From: Alphaproteobacteria bacterium
Lineage (GTDB): Bacteria; Pseudomonadota; Alphaproteobacteria; Rickettsiales; SXRF01
Assembly: GCA_025360605.1 (NCBI GenBank)
Contig: JANYBV010000040.1
Coordinates: forward strand, 2,193 to 66,192
Direction of reading: 5' to 3'
DNA length: 64,000 nt
The notes beneath the pieces were generated by a model. The model made no database searches and was not told the origin of the DNA. It was given only the letters and a program-made list of their open reading frames with translations. Below, one piece after another: positions 45,968 to 55,964 of the stretch; within the stretch, counting starts at the first letter, position 1, and every line of letters starts with the position of its first letter. The translations under genes were made by a program, and so were the position numbers.

Positions 45968-46510
45968 CTATATATTCGATAATTTCCCTGTAAACGTTAC
46001 ATAGTCATCAAGAATAGAATGAAGCATATCGCGCTGCTTGGGAATTAACGTGTTATTTTCATCAAACGCTTGCTGGCAGTTACCCAGCGGGAACACCCTG
46101 TTAAAAAGATGCGTCTGAAGGGCTTCAAATGGAGTTTTGAGGTGGTCAATGCCCAGAATTCCGCCACGCGCACCGGTGCTTGCACTCATCAGAAGCACAG
46201 TTTTTGCTTTAATTGGGTTGGGGTTAATGCGTGATGTCCAGTCGATGATATTTTTGAGAGACCCCGGATAAGACCAGTTATATTCCGGCGAGCTGATAAT
46301 GATGCCGTCTGCAGCAGAAGCACGTTTTGCAAAGGTAAAGGTTGCCTCTGGTTTTTCGTGGTTGTCTTTAAACAGAGGCATGTCGAATTCGGCATACTCG
46401 GCAAAATCCACGTCTACCGACTTGCTACGAATATAATTGGCGGCGGCGGCGGCGAGTTTCCGGTTGAAGGATTCCGGCCTGTGTGATGCTGCAAAAACCA
46501 GTAATTTCAT
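45968..46510 (-). CDS. NADPH-dependent FMN reductase family protein
   Basis: [20 protein letters not shown]... and SPEYNWSYPGSLKNIIDW motifs. Confidence 0.75.
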   Translation of the reverse strand: MKLLVFAASHRPESFNRKLAAAAANYIRSKSVDVDFAEYAEFDMPLFKDNHEKPEATFTFAKRASAADGIIISSPEYNWSYPGSLKNIIDWTSRINPNPIKAKTVLLMSASTGARGGILGIDHLKTPFEALQTHLFNRVFPLGNCQQAFDENNTLIPKQRDMLHSILDDYVTFTGKLSNI

Positions 46511-47151
46511 TGATGTTCCCTCAGAAATTGCAGGAATTTAGAGAATGCGCGCGAGCGGTGGCTGATCGAATTTTTGTACTCGGGTTCCAGCTGTGCAAAT
46601 GTTTCACTGTGCCCTTCAGGGATAAAAATAGGGTCGTAACCAAATCCTTTCTCGCCAATGGGCGGGAATACTAACGAGCCGTCAATACGCCCTTCGAAAA
46701 GATGATTGCCGGCAAGCTCTTTAGAAAAGGTAGTAGGAATGCTCAGTGACAATACGCAGACGAAATAGGCATTCGCAGGAAGATCGCCTAATTCTTTCTG
46801 GATACGATCAAAGGCCATGGCAAAGTTTTTATCCGGCCCTGCCCAGCGTGCGGAATAAATCCCTGGTGCGCCGCCAATGGCGGGAACGACCAAGCCTGAA
46901 TCGTCCGAAAGGGCTGGAAGCCATGTTTTTTGCGCGGAATATTCCGATTTCAGCGTTGCGTTTTCGGCGAAGCTATCGCCGGTTTCTTCCGGCTCGTCAA
47001 TATTCGCCTCGGTGGCCGAGATGACGCGGATATTGAGTTTGGAAATGAGTTCACCAATTTCTTTCACTTTTCCTTTGTTGTGGCTGGCGATCACAAGCGG
47101 GGAATCGCGGAACAAAGAAGCAATGGTAGAACGGTTGGTCATGGCACTCAT
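46507..47151 (-). CDS. rdgB: dITP/XTP pyrophosphatase (RdgB/HAM1)
   Basis: [29 protein letters not shown] and FGYDPIF motifs. ATGA overlap with rph. Confidence 0.85.
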   Translation of the reverse strand: MSAMTNRSTIASLFRDSPLVIASHNKGKVKEIGELISKLNIRVISATEANIDEPEETGDSFAENATLKSEYSAQKTWLPALSDDSGLVVPAIGGAPGIYSARWAGPDKNFAMAFDRIQKELGDLPANAYFVCVLSLSIPTTFSKELAGNHLFEGRIDGSLVFPPIGEKGFGYDPIFIPEGHSETFAQLEPEYKNSISHRSRAFSKFLQFLREHQ

Positions 47152-47864
47152 CCTTTTATCGCCTTACTCTGTGCGGCACAAATGGTTTTGATACCGACTT
47201 TGGCTAGTTTTAATAAGGCATCGAATTCTTTTTCGGTCACCGGATGTTCTTCGGCGGTGCATTGAATTTCGACAATGTGCCCATTTTTGGTCAGCACAAA
47301 ATTTGCGTCCATGGTGGCTTTGCTATCCTCATCGTAGTCGAGGTCTAACACCGGAACACCGTTATAAATGCCGCAGGAAATCGCGGCTACATGACCCGTA
47401 ATCGGCGACTTTTTGAGGATATTTTTATCCAGCAATGTCTTCACCGCAAGCTGCAACGCGACATATGCACCGGTGATAGAGGCGGTGCGTGTGCCGCCAT
47501 CTGCTTCGATCACGTCGCAATCAATCGTAATCTGGCGTTCGCCGAGGGCTTTCATATCAACTACCGCCCGCAGTGCGCGGCCAATGAGACGCTGGATTTC
47601 CTGAGTGCGTCCCGATTGTTTACCTTTGGCGGCCTCACGCGGCATGCGGCTATGGGTGGAGCGTGGAAGCATGCCGTATTCAGCAGTAACCCAACCTTTG
47701 CCGGTATTACGTAAAAACGGAGGTACGCTGGATTCAATAGTAGCGGTGCAGAGAACTTTGGTGCCGCCACATTCAATCAGGCATGAGCCTTCGGCATGTT
47801 TACTGACATTCGGTTTTAACACCAGCTTGCGCAGTTCATTGGGTTTTCGTTTCGAGGGGCGCAT
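47148..47864 (-). CDS. rph: ribonuclease PH
   Basis: [36 protein letters not shown] and [14 protein letters not shown] motifs, 238 aa. Confidence 0.9.
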   Translation of the reverse strand: MRPSKRKPNELRKLVLKPNVSKHAEGSCLIECGGTKVLCTATIESSVPPFLRNTGKGWVTAEYGMLPRSTHSRMPREAAKGKQSGRTQEIQRLIGRALRAVVDMKALGERQITIDCDVIEADGGTRTASITGAYVALQLAVKTLLDKNILKKSPITGHVAAISCGIYNGVPVLDLDYDEDSKATMDANFVLTKNGHIVEIQCTAEEHPVTEKEFDALLKLAKVGIKTICAAQSKAIKG

Positions 47865-47872
47865 GGGTACTC

Positions 47873-48613
47873 CTATGGTTGTACGGCTTGTGTTTCTGCA
47901 AGCAATTGGTTGGAAGCAGATTCGATAGTGTCCTGTAGCCGTGACGAAAATTCTTCCTTGCCAAGTCCGGTGGGAATGGGGGGAAGGAATTCAACGACAA
48001 TAGTGCCAGAACGTTTGATGAAGGCGTCTTTAGCCCAGAAGACACCGGAATTCAGCGCAACAGGGATGACAGGAACCTTCAACTGATTGTACAACGCAAT
48101 CACCCCCGGATGATAGACGGGCGCGCTGGCAGGTTTGGTGCGGGTTCCTTCAGGAAAAATGATGATCGGGCGATTGGCAAAGATAGCCGCCTTAGACTGC
48201 CTGATCATATCCTTCATGCTGGTGACACCGGCGTGGCGGTCAATATAGATCATCTGCATGCGCCAGAGATACCAGCCCCATAGCGGGATGCGGAGTAATT
48301 CGCGCTTGAGTATGTAGCTGGGGCGTTTGAACTGCGTTAAAAAAAACGCCGTCTCCCATGCCGACTGATGCTTCGAGGCATAGATATAAGGGCCTTCAAC
48401 CGCGTATTCTTTCCCACGTACTTCATAACGTATCCCGCATAGCACGCGCGCCAGCCACAGCACAACGCCTGCCCACGGTGGGCCAGCCAACAATGCCGCT
48501 CGCGGAGATATAATAAACAGAGGGGCGAAGATAATGGCTGAAAGCATTGCCCAGCTAATATAACAGATGTTAAAGAGCAGCGAGCGGCAAAATAATACGG
48601 GGGTGCTTGTCAT
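47873..48613 (-). CDS. plsC: 1-acyl-sn-glycerol-3-phosphate acyltransferase
   Basis: SKHQSAWET (HX4D/E box) and IFPEGTR motifs. N-terminal TM segment. Confidence 0.8.
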   Translation of the reverse strand: MTSTPVLFCRSLLFNICYISWAMLSAIIFAPLFIISPRAALLAGPPWAGVVLWLARVLCGIRYEVRGKEYAVEGPYIYASKHQSAWETAFFLTQFKRPSYILKRELLRIPLWGWYLWRMQMIYIDRHAGVTSMKDMIRQSKAAIFANRPIIIFPEGTRTKPASAPVYHPGVIALYNQLKVPVIPVALNSGVFWAKDAFIKRSGTIVVEFLPPIPTGLGKEEFSSRLQDTIESASNQLLAETQAVQP

Positions 48614-49272
48614 GCGGGATGCGTAACAGAAACAAACCAGTGGCGCAATTTACTTGCCAGAAATTTGTGGTATTCCAGAAAAATCAGGTTGCGTGCCTCA
48701 CCACGTTCCCACCAGCCTGCTAGCGTAAAAAAATCGGGGAACACCGGCTCGGGAATGATGAGTATATCGGGGAGGGTGTGCGTGAACTCTTCAAGGCTGC
48801 GGGGCATGTGGTAATTCGCCGTCACCAGCCGGATGCTGTGGTAGCCTTCTTTTTTGAGCCAGCGCGAGGTTTCCTCGGCGTTCCCGATTGTATTTTCCGC
48901 TTCATGGCCCAATACAATAGAGTCTGCGGGAAGGGATGCTATTTTTTCGCGTACGCTACCGGATGAATGGCGTAGCATGCTTTCTTCCGTGGTCGTATCA
49001 TGAACACCGCTGACAAATAGTTTGCTGCCCTTGCCTTCGGTGAGTAGCTCCAGACCATATTCAAGGCGGTTGCTGCCGCCTGTCAGGGCGACGATTGCAT
49101 CCGTTTTTCTTGAGTCAGAAGTGGGCTCTTTAGGAATTTTGGCGATAAACCAGAACAAACCCGCAAGCCATAGAATTAAGCAGGATAAAAAACAAAAACT
49201 AAGTTTTCTGATGGCACGATTCACAAAACACGTTGTAATTGTTTGTTTACAGAAATGCGTGCCGCTATCCAT
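48610..49272 (-). CDS. DUF218 (YdcF/ElyC/SanA-like) membrane-anchored protein
   Basis: TM segment followed by AIVALTGGSNRLEYGLELL and VTANYHMPRS motifs. An alternative GTG start at 49224 would form a GTGA overlap with the ftsX stop. Confidence 0.65.
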   Translation of the reverse strand: MDSGTHFCKQTITTCFVNRAIRKLSFCFLSCLILWLAGLFWFIAKIPKEPTSDSRKTDAIVALTGGSNRLEYGLELLTEGKGSKLFVSGVHDTTTEESMLRHSSGSVREKIASLPADSIVLGHEAENTIGNAEETSRWLKKEGYHSIRLVTANYHMPRSLEEFTHTLPDILIIPEPVFPDFFTLAGWWERGEARNLIFLEYHKFLASKLRHWFVSVTHPA

Positions 49273-50096
49273 GCAATGCCGGCACAGGCTAAGGGCAGGA
49301 TGACAAGCAATAGAATGTGAGAAAATCCAAGCATCATCGCAGGGAGTATATTGGATTGCAGGGCGGAAATATATTTGCCAGACATCCAGTATGCACCACC
49401 GGCAATTAACGAGGCAGGCACAGTGCCGCGAAGCGTAATCATAAAGGCCTCTTGCTGGAATTGCTGCATGATGTAGCTATCTTCCGCACCAATCGAATGT
49501 AGCAGATTTACGGTGCGTGAATGGAGCTTGAGCGCTGCCCGTGAACTGAAGGCAATGATGAGCGCCAGACCGCCGATAATCAGAACGGCTAGTAGTGACA
49601 TGATCACGCGCAGGGTCGATGAAAAATTGGAAAAGCTGGCAATCCACGCCTCATGCGTATCCACCTGCGTACCCGCAGCTATTTTTGTCAGGCGTGTGGC
49701 GACTATTTTATAATCGATAGAGGCGACATTATCGGTGGTCACATCCAAAACAGCGGGTAAGGGGAGTGAATCTGCGGATTCAAGGTTTCCAAGCCAAGGC
49801 TTAAGCATGGTTTTCAGCTTATCCTGACTCAGCTCCGATATTTTGATAATGCCAGGCATGCTGTTCAGCGTTTTTTTTACTTCTGCCAGTTTGACCGGAA
49901 AATCCTCGATATTGGAAGGAACGCTGACGGTGAAGCTGTTGGAGTAATCGCCACTGCGGTCGATGATCCAGTTGCTGACGCTTACGCTTATACATAAAAA
50001 AAGCGCGGCCATGCAGGCCATAATGCCAATGACCCATGGCAAAAACGCATGGGAATCATCACCTGAAAAATAGATATCGGTTTTTTTCTTTTTCAT
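49221..50096 (-). CDS. ftsX: cell-division ABC permease-like protein FtsX
   Basis: One N-terminal TM segment, a periplasmic domain and three C-terminal TM segments. LLHSIGAEDSYIMQQFQQEAF matches the FtsX signature. ATG at 50096. Confidence 0.7.
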   Translation of the reverse strand: MKKKKTDIYFSGDDSHAFLPWVIGIMACMAALFLCISVSVSNWIIDRSGDYSNSFTVSVPSNIEDFPVKLAEVKKTLNSMPGIIKISELSQDKLKTMLKPWLGNLESADSLPLPAVLDVTTDNVASIDYKIVATRLTKIAAGTQVDTHEAWIASFSNFSSTLRVIMSLLAVLIIGGLALIIAFSSRAALKLHSRTVNLLHSIGAEDSYIMQQFQQEAFMITLRGTVPASLIAGGAYWMSGKYISALQSNILPAMMLGFSHILLLVILPLACAGIAWIAARISVNKQLQRVL

Positions 50097-50117
50097 ACCA
50101 GTCAATACATAAGGCTA

Positions 50118-50744
50118 TTATGCCGTTGTATCAACCTTATTTGCAGGATCAACCGCTTTTGATACTACCACCATCGCTGGCCTCAGCAGGCGGTCATGAA
50201 TCATGTATCCGGCCTGTATCACCTGTATTACAGTGCCTGCGGGCACATCGTCGCGCTCCACCTGCGCCACCGCCTGATGGAAATTATGGTCAAACTTTTT
50301 ATCTTTTGGATCAACGCGCGTGATCTGGTAGCGCTGGAAGATGTTCAGCAGTTCTTGCAAGGTGAGGTCAACGCCCTCACCAATGGTTTTCAGGAGCTCA
50401 TTTTCCTGACGCGCGGCACTCGGGATGCTTTCGCTGGCACGTTTGAGGGTTTCGAGGATGGTCACCATGTCGGCTGCAAATGTGTTGATGGCATATTTGG
50501 ACGCTTCTTCTTTTTCTTTTTGGGTGCGTTTGCGGATATTATCCGTTTCTGCCACCGCGCGTACCCACTGGTCTTTCAGCTTGGCTACTTCTTCCTTGAG
50601 CTGTGATATTTCCGATTCATGTTGCTTGACTTCACCCATTTCGGTTGAGGCATTATTCTCTGAATCATTTGAATTTACAGGGTTATCCTGAACACCTTCG
50701 GAGGTCGCGTGGTTCTCGTTGGCTGGATTTTGTATGGTCGTCAT
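50118..50744 (-). CDS. grpE: nucleotide exchange factor GrpE
   Basis: Coiled-coil segment KLKDQWVRAVAETDNIRKR and C-terminal FDHNFHQAV...GYMIHDRLLRPAMV. Confidence 0.9.
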   Translation of the reverse strand: MTTIQNPANENHATSEGVQDNPVNSNDSENNASTEMGEVKQHESEISQLKEEVAKLKDQWVRAVAETDNIRKRTQKEKEEASKYAINTFAADMVTILETLKRASESIPSAARQENELLKTIGEGVDLTLQELLNIFQRYQITRVDPKDKKFDHNFHQAVAQVERDDVPAGTVIQVIQAGYMIHDRLLRPAMVVVSKAVDPANKVDTTA

Positions 50745-50782
50745 TGCGTCTTATCCTTTGTCCTGTGGAATTGGTTGAACCC

Positions 50783-50813
50783 ATAATGTGGACACTAAAC
50801 AATAATTTTCAAT
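50783..50813 (-). promoter_or_regulatory. possible sigma-32-type heat-shock promoter for grpE
   Basis: The minus strand reads ATTGAAA-15 nt-CCACATTAT, about 40 nt upstream of the grpE ATG. Compare the consensus CTTGAAA-N13-15-CCCCATnT. Confidence 0.3.
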
Positions 50814-50943
50814 AGATTTGTCTTGCAAAAAAGTATGTCAGTAACTAATCACTACGAAGTTTCATCGTTGACAACGCGGCAAAATCAGGCAGATAGGTAC
50901 TATCATAGTATTTGCTGAAAATATTTAATAAGGAGATTGACTG

Positions 50944-51471
50944 GTGACAAAAGTAGATTGGGGAACAAAACGTTCTTGTCCAAAATGTGCCTCCCGTTTT
51001 TATGATCTGGGTAAAAATCCCGCACGCTGCCCTAAATGCGGTACTGAACATGATGTAACCGTCGTTGTTAAGACAAGACGCGGTCGTGGTAAGGCCTCCG
51101 CCGCTTCTGCGGATGCTGCTGAAGCAAAAGAGAAAGCAAAGGCAGAAGCTAAGCTGAAAGCCAAAAAACCAGTCAAAGAAATTGAAGATATTGATCTCGA
51201 AGAATTCGAGGATATCGAAACGCTCGATACCGAAGAAGAAATTGAAGAACTCGAAGAAATTGAAGATATCGATTCCATCGACGAACTGGAAAAAGCCGAT
51301 GACGGCAAACCAGGGGACGAAAATAGTGATGAAATATCAATTGAAGACGATGGTGTTGTCGACGAAGCATTAATCGATGATGTTGATGATGAAGAGGAAA
51401 GCGAAGAAGAAGAGGAAGCTCCTGTTTCCAAGCGCGCCCCTGCATCCAAAACGTCTAAAACAAAAAAATAA
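50944..51471 (+). CDS. FYDLN_acid (TIGR02300-type) zinc-ribbon protein with acidic tail
   Basis: AAGGAG RBS and a GTG start. CPKCASRFYDLGKNPARCPKCG, followed by a long D/E-rich C-terminus. Confidence 0.75.
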   Translation: MTKVDWGTKRSCPKCASRFYDLGKNPARCPKCGTEHDVTVVVKTRRGRGKASAASADAAEAKEKAKAEAKLKAKKPVKEIEDIDLEEFEDIETLDTEEEIEELEEIEDIDSIDELEKADDGKPGDENSDEISIEDDGVVDEALIDDVDDEEESEEEEEAPVSKRAPASKTSKTKK

Positions 51472-51492
51472 AATTATAGATATTCCAGCTTA

Positions 51493-51526
51493 AACCCTCT
51501 GGAGCTATAGTTTCAGAGGGTTTTTT
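51493..51526 (+). terminator. intrinsic terminator
   Basis: CCCTCTG-12 nt-CAGAGGG followed by TTTTTT. Confidence 0.6.
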
Positions 51527-51650
51527 AATGCATTGATTTATAACAATTATATCAAAAATTGAGAGTGTCACACAATTTTCACACTCATTATCTTCCGTTT
51601 GGCTTATGATACTACTGAGATATAACGAAAACAGAGCGTAGGAGCATTAT

Positions 51651-52301
51651 ATGGGTATGAGCAAAAAAGGTGACGGGATGAACCCTAAAACGCACCCCGA
51701 TCATCATGAAAACGGGGTGAAGAAACCTACAAAACCTCAGCCGGTTATTTCCCAGAGTGATATGGCATTCCTTATTAAAAACTACGGTGAGATGGGATTT
51801 AAAGCGGGAATGACCCCTGCGGAAATGAAAGCTGCTATGAATGCGTTGTCGAATGAAACCCCCATACTTAAAGAGGAAGGGTTTTTCGCTGACAATAAAA
51901 AAGAAATTATGAAAGCGACGGATGCTGTAAAAAAATCAGGGGTAGGAACGGGGGGCGCGCTGCCGGAAGACGTGTCAAAAGCACTGGCGGCAGTGAACGC
52001 CAATGTTGAAGCGCAAATGGCAGAAGAAACGAAAGAGCTGAGAAGGGCTGCCAGAATTGTACTGGATTATAACATTCAGAAACAAGGACTGGACGAGCGT
52101 TCTATGGCTGCTGCTAAAACCGCTGCTGTAGGTAAGATTAATCCTAATGTTGCCCGACGCGATGTTAATGATGAATTAGAGACTCCTGCTAAAATTCCTT
52201 CAAAAGCGGTGGCTTCAAGGAAGCCATCTGTGGAAGCAGGGGAAGACCCAACGCGAAATGGCCCTCCACCGGCAAAGAAACGTGGTGCAGCGCTCATTTA
52301 A
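51651..52301 (+). CDS. hypothetical protein
   Basis: 216 aa. AGGAG RBS 6 nt upstream of the ATG. Helical and A/K/E-rich. No family recognised. Confidence 0.5.
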   Translation: MGMSKKGDGMNPKTHPDHHENGVKKPTKPQPVISQSDMAFLIKNYGEMGFKAGMTPAEMKAAMNALSNETPILKEEGFFADNKKEIMKATDAVKKSGVGTGGALPEDVSKALAAVNANVEAQMAEETKELRRAARIVLDYNIQKQGLDERSMAAAKTAAVGKINPNVARRDVNDELETPAKIPSKAVASRKPSVEAGEDPTRNGPPPAKKRGAALI

Positions 52302-52333
52302 TACTGGATCCCATAATACCGGATCCCAACGGA

Positions 52334-52366
52334 TAAAAAAAGCCCCGCAAATTGCGGGGCTTTTTC
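52334..52366. terminator. bidirectional intrinsic terminator
   Basis: AAAAAAA-GCCCCGC-AAATT-GCGGGGC-TTTTT, between convergent genes. Confidence 0.7.
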
Positions 52367-52387
52367 GTAAGCGTGGTACTTTGCAGA

Positions 52388-52999
52388 TTATGCGGAAAGT
52401 ACTTTGATCATCTTTTCAGACGTTTCAGCCAGTCGCTCGTTGATTGGCTCAAGAGCTTCGGTAGCATATTCAAAGAACATGCCAGAAAGTTTTACAGATT
52501 GATTGAAAAAGTTATCAATGCTGCTCCTCATCATTTTATTCTGCAATTCAAACATATCGTTGAAGGTGCGGCATGCGAAGAATTCTTTCGACAACTCGAT
52601 GTTGTCCGAGACAGTTTTGTTGGTGGATTCCATCACTTCGTTGCTTACGTCTTTGGCCAAAGCAGCGGTCATGTTACCGCATTCGATGCACGCTTCCACG
52701 TTTTCACGCGAAACAGCAATGGATTCATGTAATACTTTGGTCAGGGTGTCAGCGGATTTAGCAAGATGCTCAGCGCCCTCGCGGCCCATTGCAAATACTT
52801 TTTCCTGAGCTTTCTGAGCTTCACCAGCAATCGGAGCCATGAAATCTTTTACGGCCGTCGTGCTGAGTTTTACAACGTTTTCAGCTGAGTTACGGGTTGA
52901 TTCGATAGTGGAAAATGCTTGTTTGGTGGTTTTGTTGGCAACAGCGGATGCGAGTTTCGCAGTAGGCTGTGCAGAGGATTTTTTAGTTGCCTGGGTCAT
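52388..52999 (-). CDS. phasin-family (PHA granule-associated) protein
   Basis: 203 aa, all-helical and A/K/E/S-rich. The ...FNDMFELQNKMMRSSIDNFFNQSVKLSGMFFEY... pattern is like PhaP. Confidence 0.65.
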   Translation of the reverse strand: MTQATKKSSAQPTAKLASAVANKTTKQAFSTIESTRNSAENVVKLSTTAVKDFMAPIAGEAQKAQEKVFAMGREGAEHLAKSADTLTKVLHESIAVSRENVEACIECGNMTAALAKDVSNEVMESTNKTVSDNIELSKEFFACRTFNDMFELQNKMMRSSIDNFFNQSVKLSGMFFEYATEALEPINERLAETSEKMIKVLSA

Positions 53000-53339
53000 A
53001 TCATTATGTCTCCTAAGATGTGTTGTCGCGTAGTATTCAATGTTTATTGCATCGCAGCATTCGGTGGCTAAGCTATAGTATTTGATTGGTATGTTGTCAA
53101 GTTTTCTTGAGTTGGACTCCGAAATAATTACGGTGGCATGTGGAGCGAAATGAAACAGGTTGAAATTTTTTAGGGGTAATTTGTTGAATTACATTACCCG
53201 TATCCTATCCCTAAATGAGTTGCCCGTGAGTGCAAATTAAAGTTTACACTTGATGAATATCACATTATCTTGTTTCGACAGTAGAGATGAATACTATCGA
53301 TGGTAGTAAATATTAGTTAATTACTATAATGGGTTGCAG

Positions 53340-54290
53340 ATGAGATACCAGACACTGGCATTATTAAGCGCACTTACTTTTGTTGTTTCCGTCCCTCAGG
53401 ATGGGTACGCTAAATCGAATAAGCACGCCCGCCATCATCATGGAGCCGGTTCATCGTATGTTAATCCCGCAGACCACTATTCTGCGCTGGTGGTTGACGC
53501 GGACAGCGGCCATGTTTTGTACGAAAAGAACGCGGAAGGCATCCGCTACCCTGCCTCGCTGACCAAAATGATGACGTTATATCTAACGTTTGATGCTCTG
53601 AAACATGGCGATCTTGATATTAATGATAAGCTTCTGGTGTCTGAAAAGGCAGCAAACCAGCCGCAGACCAACATCGGCCTTGATAGTGGCGAGAAATTAC
53701 CGCTGCGTACTGCTATTGAAAGCGTGGTCGTGCGCTCTGCCAATGATTCTGCTACGGTTCTGGGCGAAACGCTGGGACGCACGGAATTCAACTTCGCACT
53801 TATGATGACGCAGAAGGCCCGCGAACTGGGTATGAAGGATACGGTTTTCCGCAATCCGTCCGGTTTGCCTGACAACAAACAGCACACTACGGCTTTGGAT
53901 ATGGCGAAGCTTGCCATTGCGCTACGCCGTGATTTCCCTGAATATTACCACTACTTCAAGATGACGAGTTTTGAGTATAACGGCGTTACCTACCCAGGCC
54001 ATAACCATGTTATGGCGCGTTACCCTGGTGTTGATGGTGTAAAAACGGGCTTTATCAGAGCATCCGGTTACAATCTCGTTACTTCGGCCGAGCGCAATGG
54101 GCACAGGATCGTTGCCGTTATTATGGGGGGATCGACCGTTTCCAGCCGCGACAATCAAATGATTGCTCTTTTGGACAGGTGCTTTGATCAGCTTGCCGAA
54201 AAGGGTGATTCCAACGAGGGCGAAAAAAAAAGCGCAAAAGAGATTTCAACCCTGAAACTCGATAAAGTGTCGATTGATTCCAGAAGCTAA
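53340..54290 (+). CDS. serine-type D-Ala-D-Ala carboxypeptidase (PBP5/6 class)
   Basis: Signal peptide. SxxK (PASLTKMMT), SxN (RSANDSA) and KTG (VKTGFI) motifs. Confidence 0.85.
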   Translation: MRYQTLALLSALTFVVSVPQDGYAKSNKHARHHHGAGSSYVNPADHYSALVVDADSGHVLYEKNAEGIRYPASLTKMMTLYLTFDALKHGDLDINDKLLVSEKAANQPQTNIGLDSGEKLPLRTAIESVVVRSANDSATVLGETLGRTEFNFALMMTQKARELGMKDTVFRNPSGLPDNKQHTTALDMAKLAIALRRDFPEYYHYFKMTSFEYNGVTYPGHNHVMARYPGVDGVKTGFIRASGYNLVTSAERNGHRIVAVIMGGSTVSSRDNQMIALLDRCFDQLAEKGDSNEGEKKSAKEISTLKLDKVSIDSRS

Positions 54291-54424
54291 GAAGTTGATT
54301 TAGCGTTTAATGTGCGATTGGGACGCAGGCTATTAGCCTGTGCATCATTTTTAGCTAATAGTGTTTGGCAATCCATTGGCCACCAAAACGGCCAGACTCT
54401 TAAAACTACATTAGCCAGAATACC

Positions 54425-55180
54425 TTAGAATGGGGAGATAGCGTCCACAACCTGTCCACCCCAACGTGGCTGTTGCACATCGTTGAGCTGTCCGCGACCG
54501 GTATAGGTGATACGCGCTTCGGCAATCTGTGCGGAGTCGATCGTGTTATCGGAGTTGATGTCCTGCGGCCTGATAACGCCTTTGACCGCCACCTCACGCA
54601 CGTCCTTGTTCATGGTGATTTCCTGCTTGCCTTCAATCACCATGTTGCCGTTAGGAAGCATCTGGGTCACAAGTACGGCTACCTGCGTCGTCAAAATATC
54701 CTGACGGGAAACGGTGCCCGTGCCTTTCACATCCAGATTTCCGGTAACATCCAATAAATCCGTAGGTTTTGGAGTCAGCCCTGGCAAAAATTTGATAATT
54801 TTATTGGTTGCACCTAACAATGCAGGAGCGGCAGCGGAATCGGCTGTGGTGCGCTTGCCTTCGGTCTGGTTATTGAACTGCAGCTTATCATTGATCTTCA
54901 CATTGACCTTAAGGATATCGCCCACTCTTGCTGCGCGACCATCACGGAAAAACGCGCGTGCGCCATGCTGCCATAGTGAGTTGGCATATTGTTTTGAAGG
55001 AGGCTGGGTTTCCGGCATTGGCCATGTGATGTCTTTATGCTCCGCTTTCTCTTGCGGATTGACGACTTCGCTCATGGCAGGGGGCTTGTTGATATGGTCA
55101 AGCTTGTCGAGTACGGAATCGCAACCGCTTAGCAGTGTGGAAAAAGTAAGCAGGCTAATAAATGTGCTACTTGCCTTCAT
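54425..55180 (-). CDS. flgH: flagellar L-ring lipoprotein
   Basis: Lipobox LLSGC. Motifs SLWQHGARAFFRDGRAARVGDILKV and ITYTGRG. Confidence 0.9.
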   Translation of the reverse strand: MKASSTFISLLTFSTLLSGCDSVLDKLDHINKPPAMSEVVNPQEKAEHKDITWPMPETQPPSKQYANSLWQHGARAFFRDGRAARVGDILKVNVKINDKLQFNNQTEGKRTTADSAAAPALLGATNKIIKFLPGLTPKPTDLLDVTGNLDVKGTGTVSRQDILTTQVAVLVTQMLPNGNMVIEGKQEITMNKDVREVAVKGVIRPQDINSDNTIDSAQIAEARITYTGRGQLNDVQQPRWGGQVVDAISPF

Positions 55181-55961
55181 AACCGTTCCTTGTCAGCTGG
55201 CTGGTTTCCATACCAGAGGCGATAATGGTGACCGTTTTATTATCTGCTACAATCGCACGAACAATTTTTTTGCTCGCCTGATTACGAACATTGATGACAT
55301 CACCCACTGCACCTTCGGTCATTGCCTCGCCGCTAGTGCTTATTTGCATGCCCGGTGAGTTATAGCGCATTTCAACGACAGTATTTTTCTTGATCACGGA
55401 AGGCATCGCAATTTCCTGTGTTTTGATAGGTCGTGATGGCGAGATGGTGTGCAATGGTGTTCTGCCGATCAGGGCAGATAGATCGGTGACCGTGTCTGTA
55501 CGGATATGGCCCAATGAGAAATCGCGGATCTCAAGATCGTTTTCCGAGATCATATCACCGGCACGTACCTCTTTTTTTAATACAGGTAATTCGATCATTT
55601 CATCAAAATGACCGCTTGCAGGAATTGCGGATACCACTTGGGCATTACTGACGAATAAGAGGCTGGCGCTCCATTTATGGTTCATGCGTTCAACATTCAG
55701 GCCTTTGATTTCCACCGTTACAGGCTGGCTAAAACTGTAGACTGCACCATTGTTATGGCCGAACATGGTGACTTTCAGTTTTTCGCTTATGCCCTTTTCA
55801 CCCAAGGCAGCAGCAACCGCTTCCTCGGCATCGTTATAGCTCACTTCGAAAAGATTTTTGGTTTCCGTATGGTTGACGGTTTCATCGACGGCCGTTTGTG
55901 AAAACGCTGGTGCGGCGGTGAGTGCAACAAAACATACTAAAAATGCTAATTTCTTATTCAT
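55167..55961 (-). CDS. flgA: flagellar P-ring assembly chaperone
   Basis: Signal peptide. C-terminal SAF-like segment ...VIKKNTVVEMRYNSPGMQISTSGEAMTEGAVGDVINVRN... Positioned between flgG and flgH. Confidence 0.8.
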   Translation of the reverse strand: MNKKLAFLVCFVALTAAPAFSQTAVDETVNHTETKNLFEVSYNDAEEAVAAALGEKGISEKLKVTMFGHNNGAVYSFSQPVTVEIKGLNVERMNHKWSASLLFVSNAQVVSAIPASGHFDEMIELPVLKKEVRAGDMISENDLEIRDFSLGHIRTDTVTDLSALIGRTPLHTISPSRPIKTQEIAMPSVIKKNTVVEMRYNSPGMQISTSGEAMTEGAVGDVINVRNQASKKIVRAIVADNKTVTIIASGMETSQLTRNGYEGK

Positions 55962-55964
55962 AGA

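Noticed and set aside
51000-51449. Ser-rich 149-aa antisense ORF, and others at 32037-32654, opposite low-complexity coding regions
   Set aside because: Repetitive GA-rich or GC-rich coding sequence keeps the opposite strand free of stops. The sense-strand products have clear N-terminal domains (a FYDLN zinc ribbon; a TM anchor).
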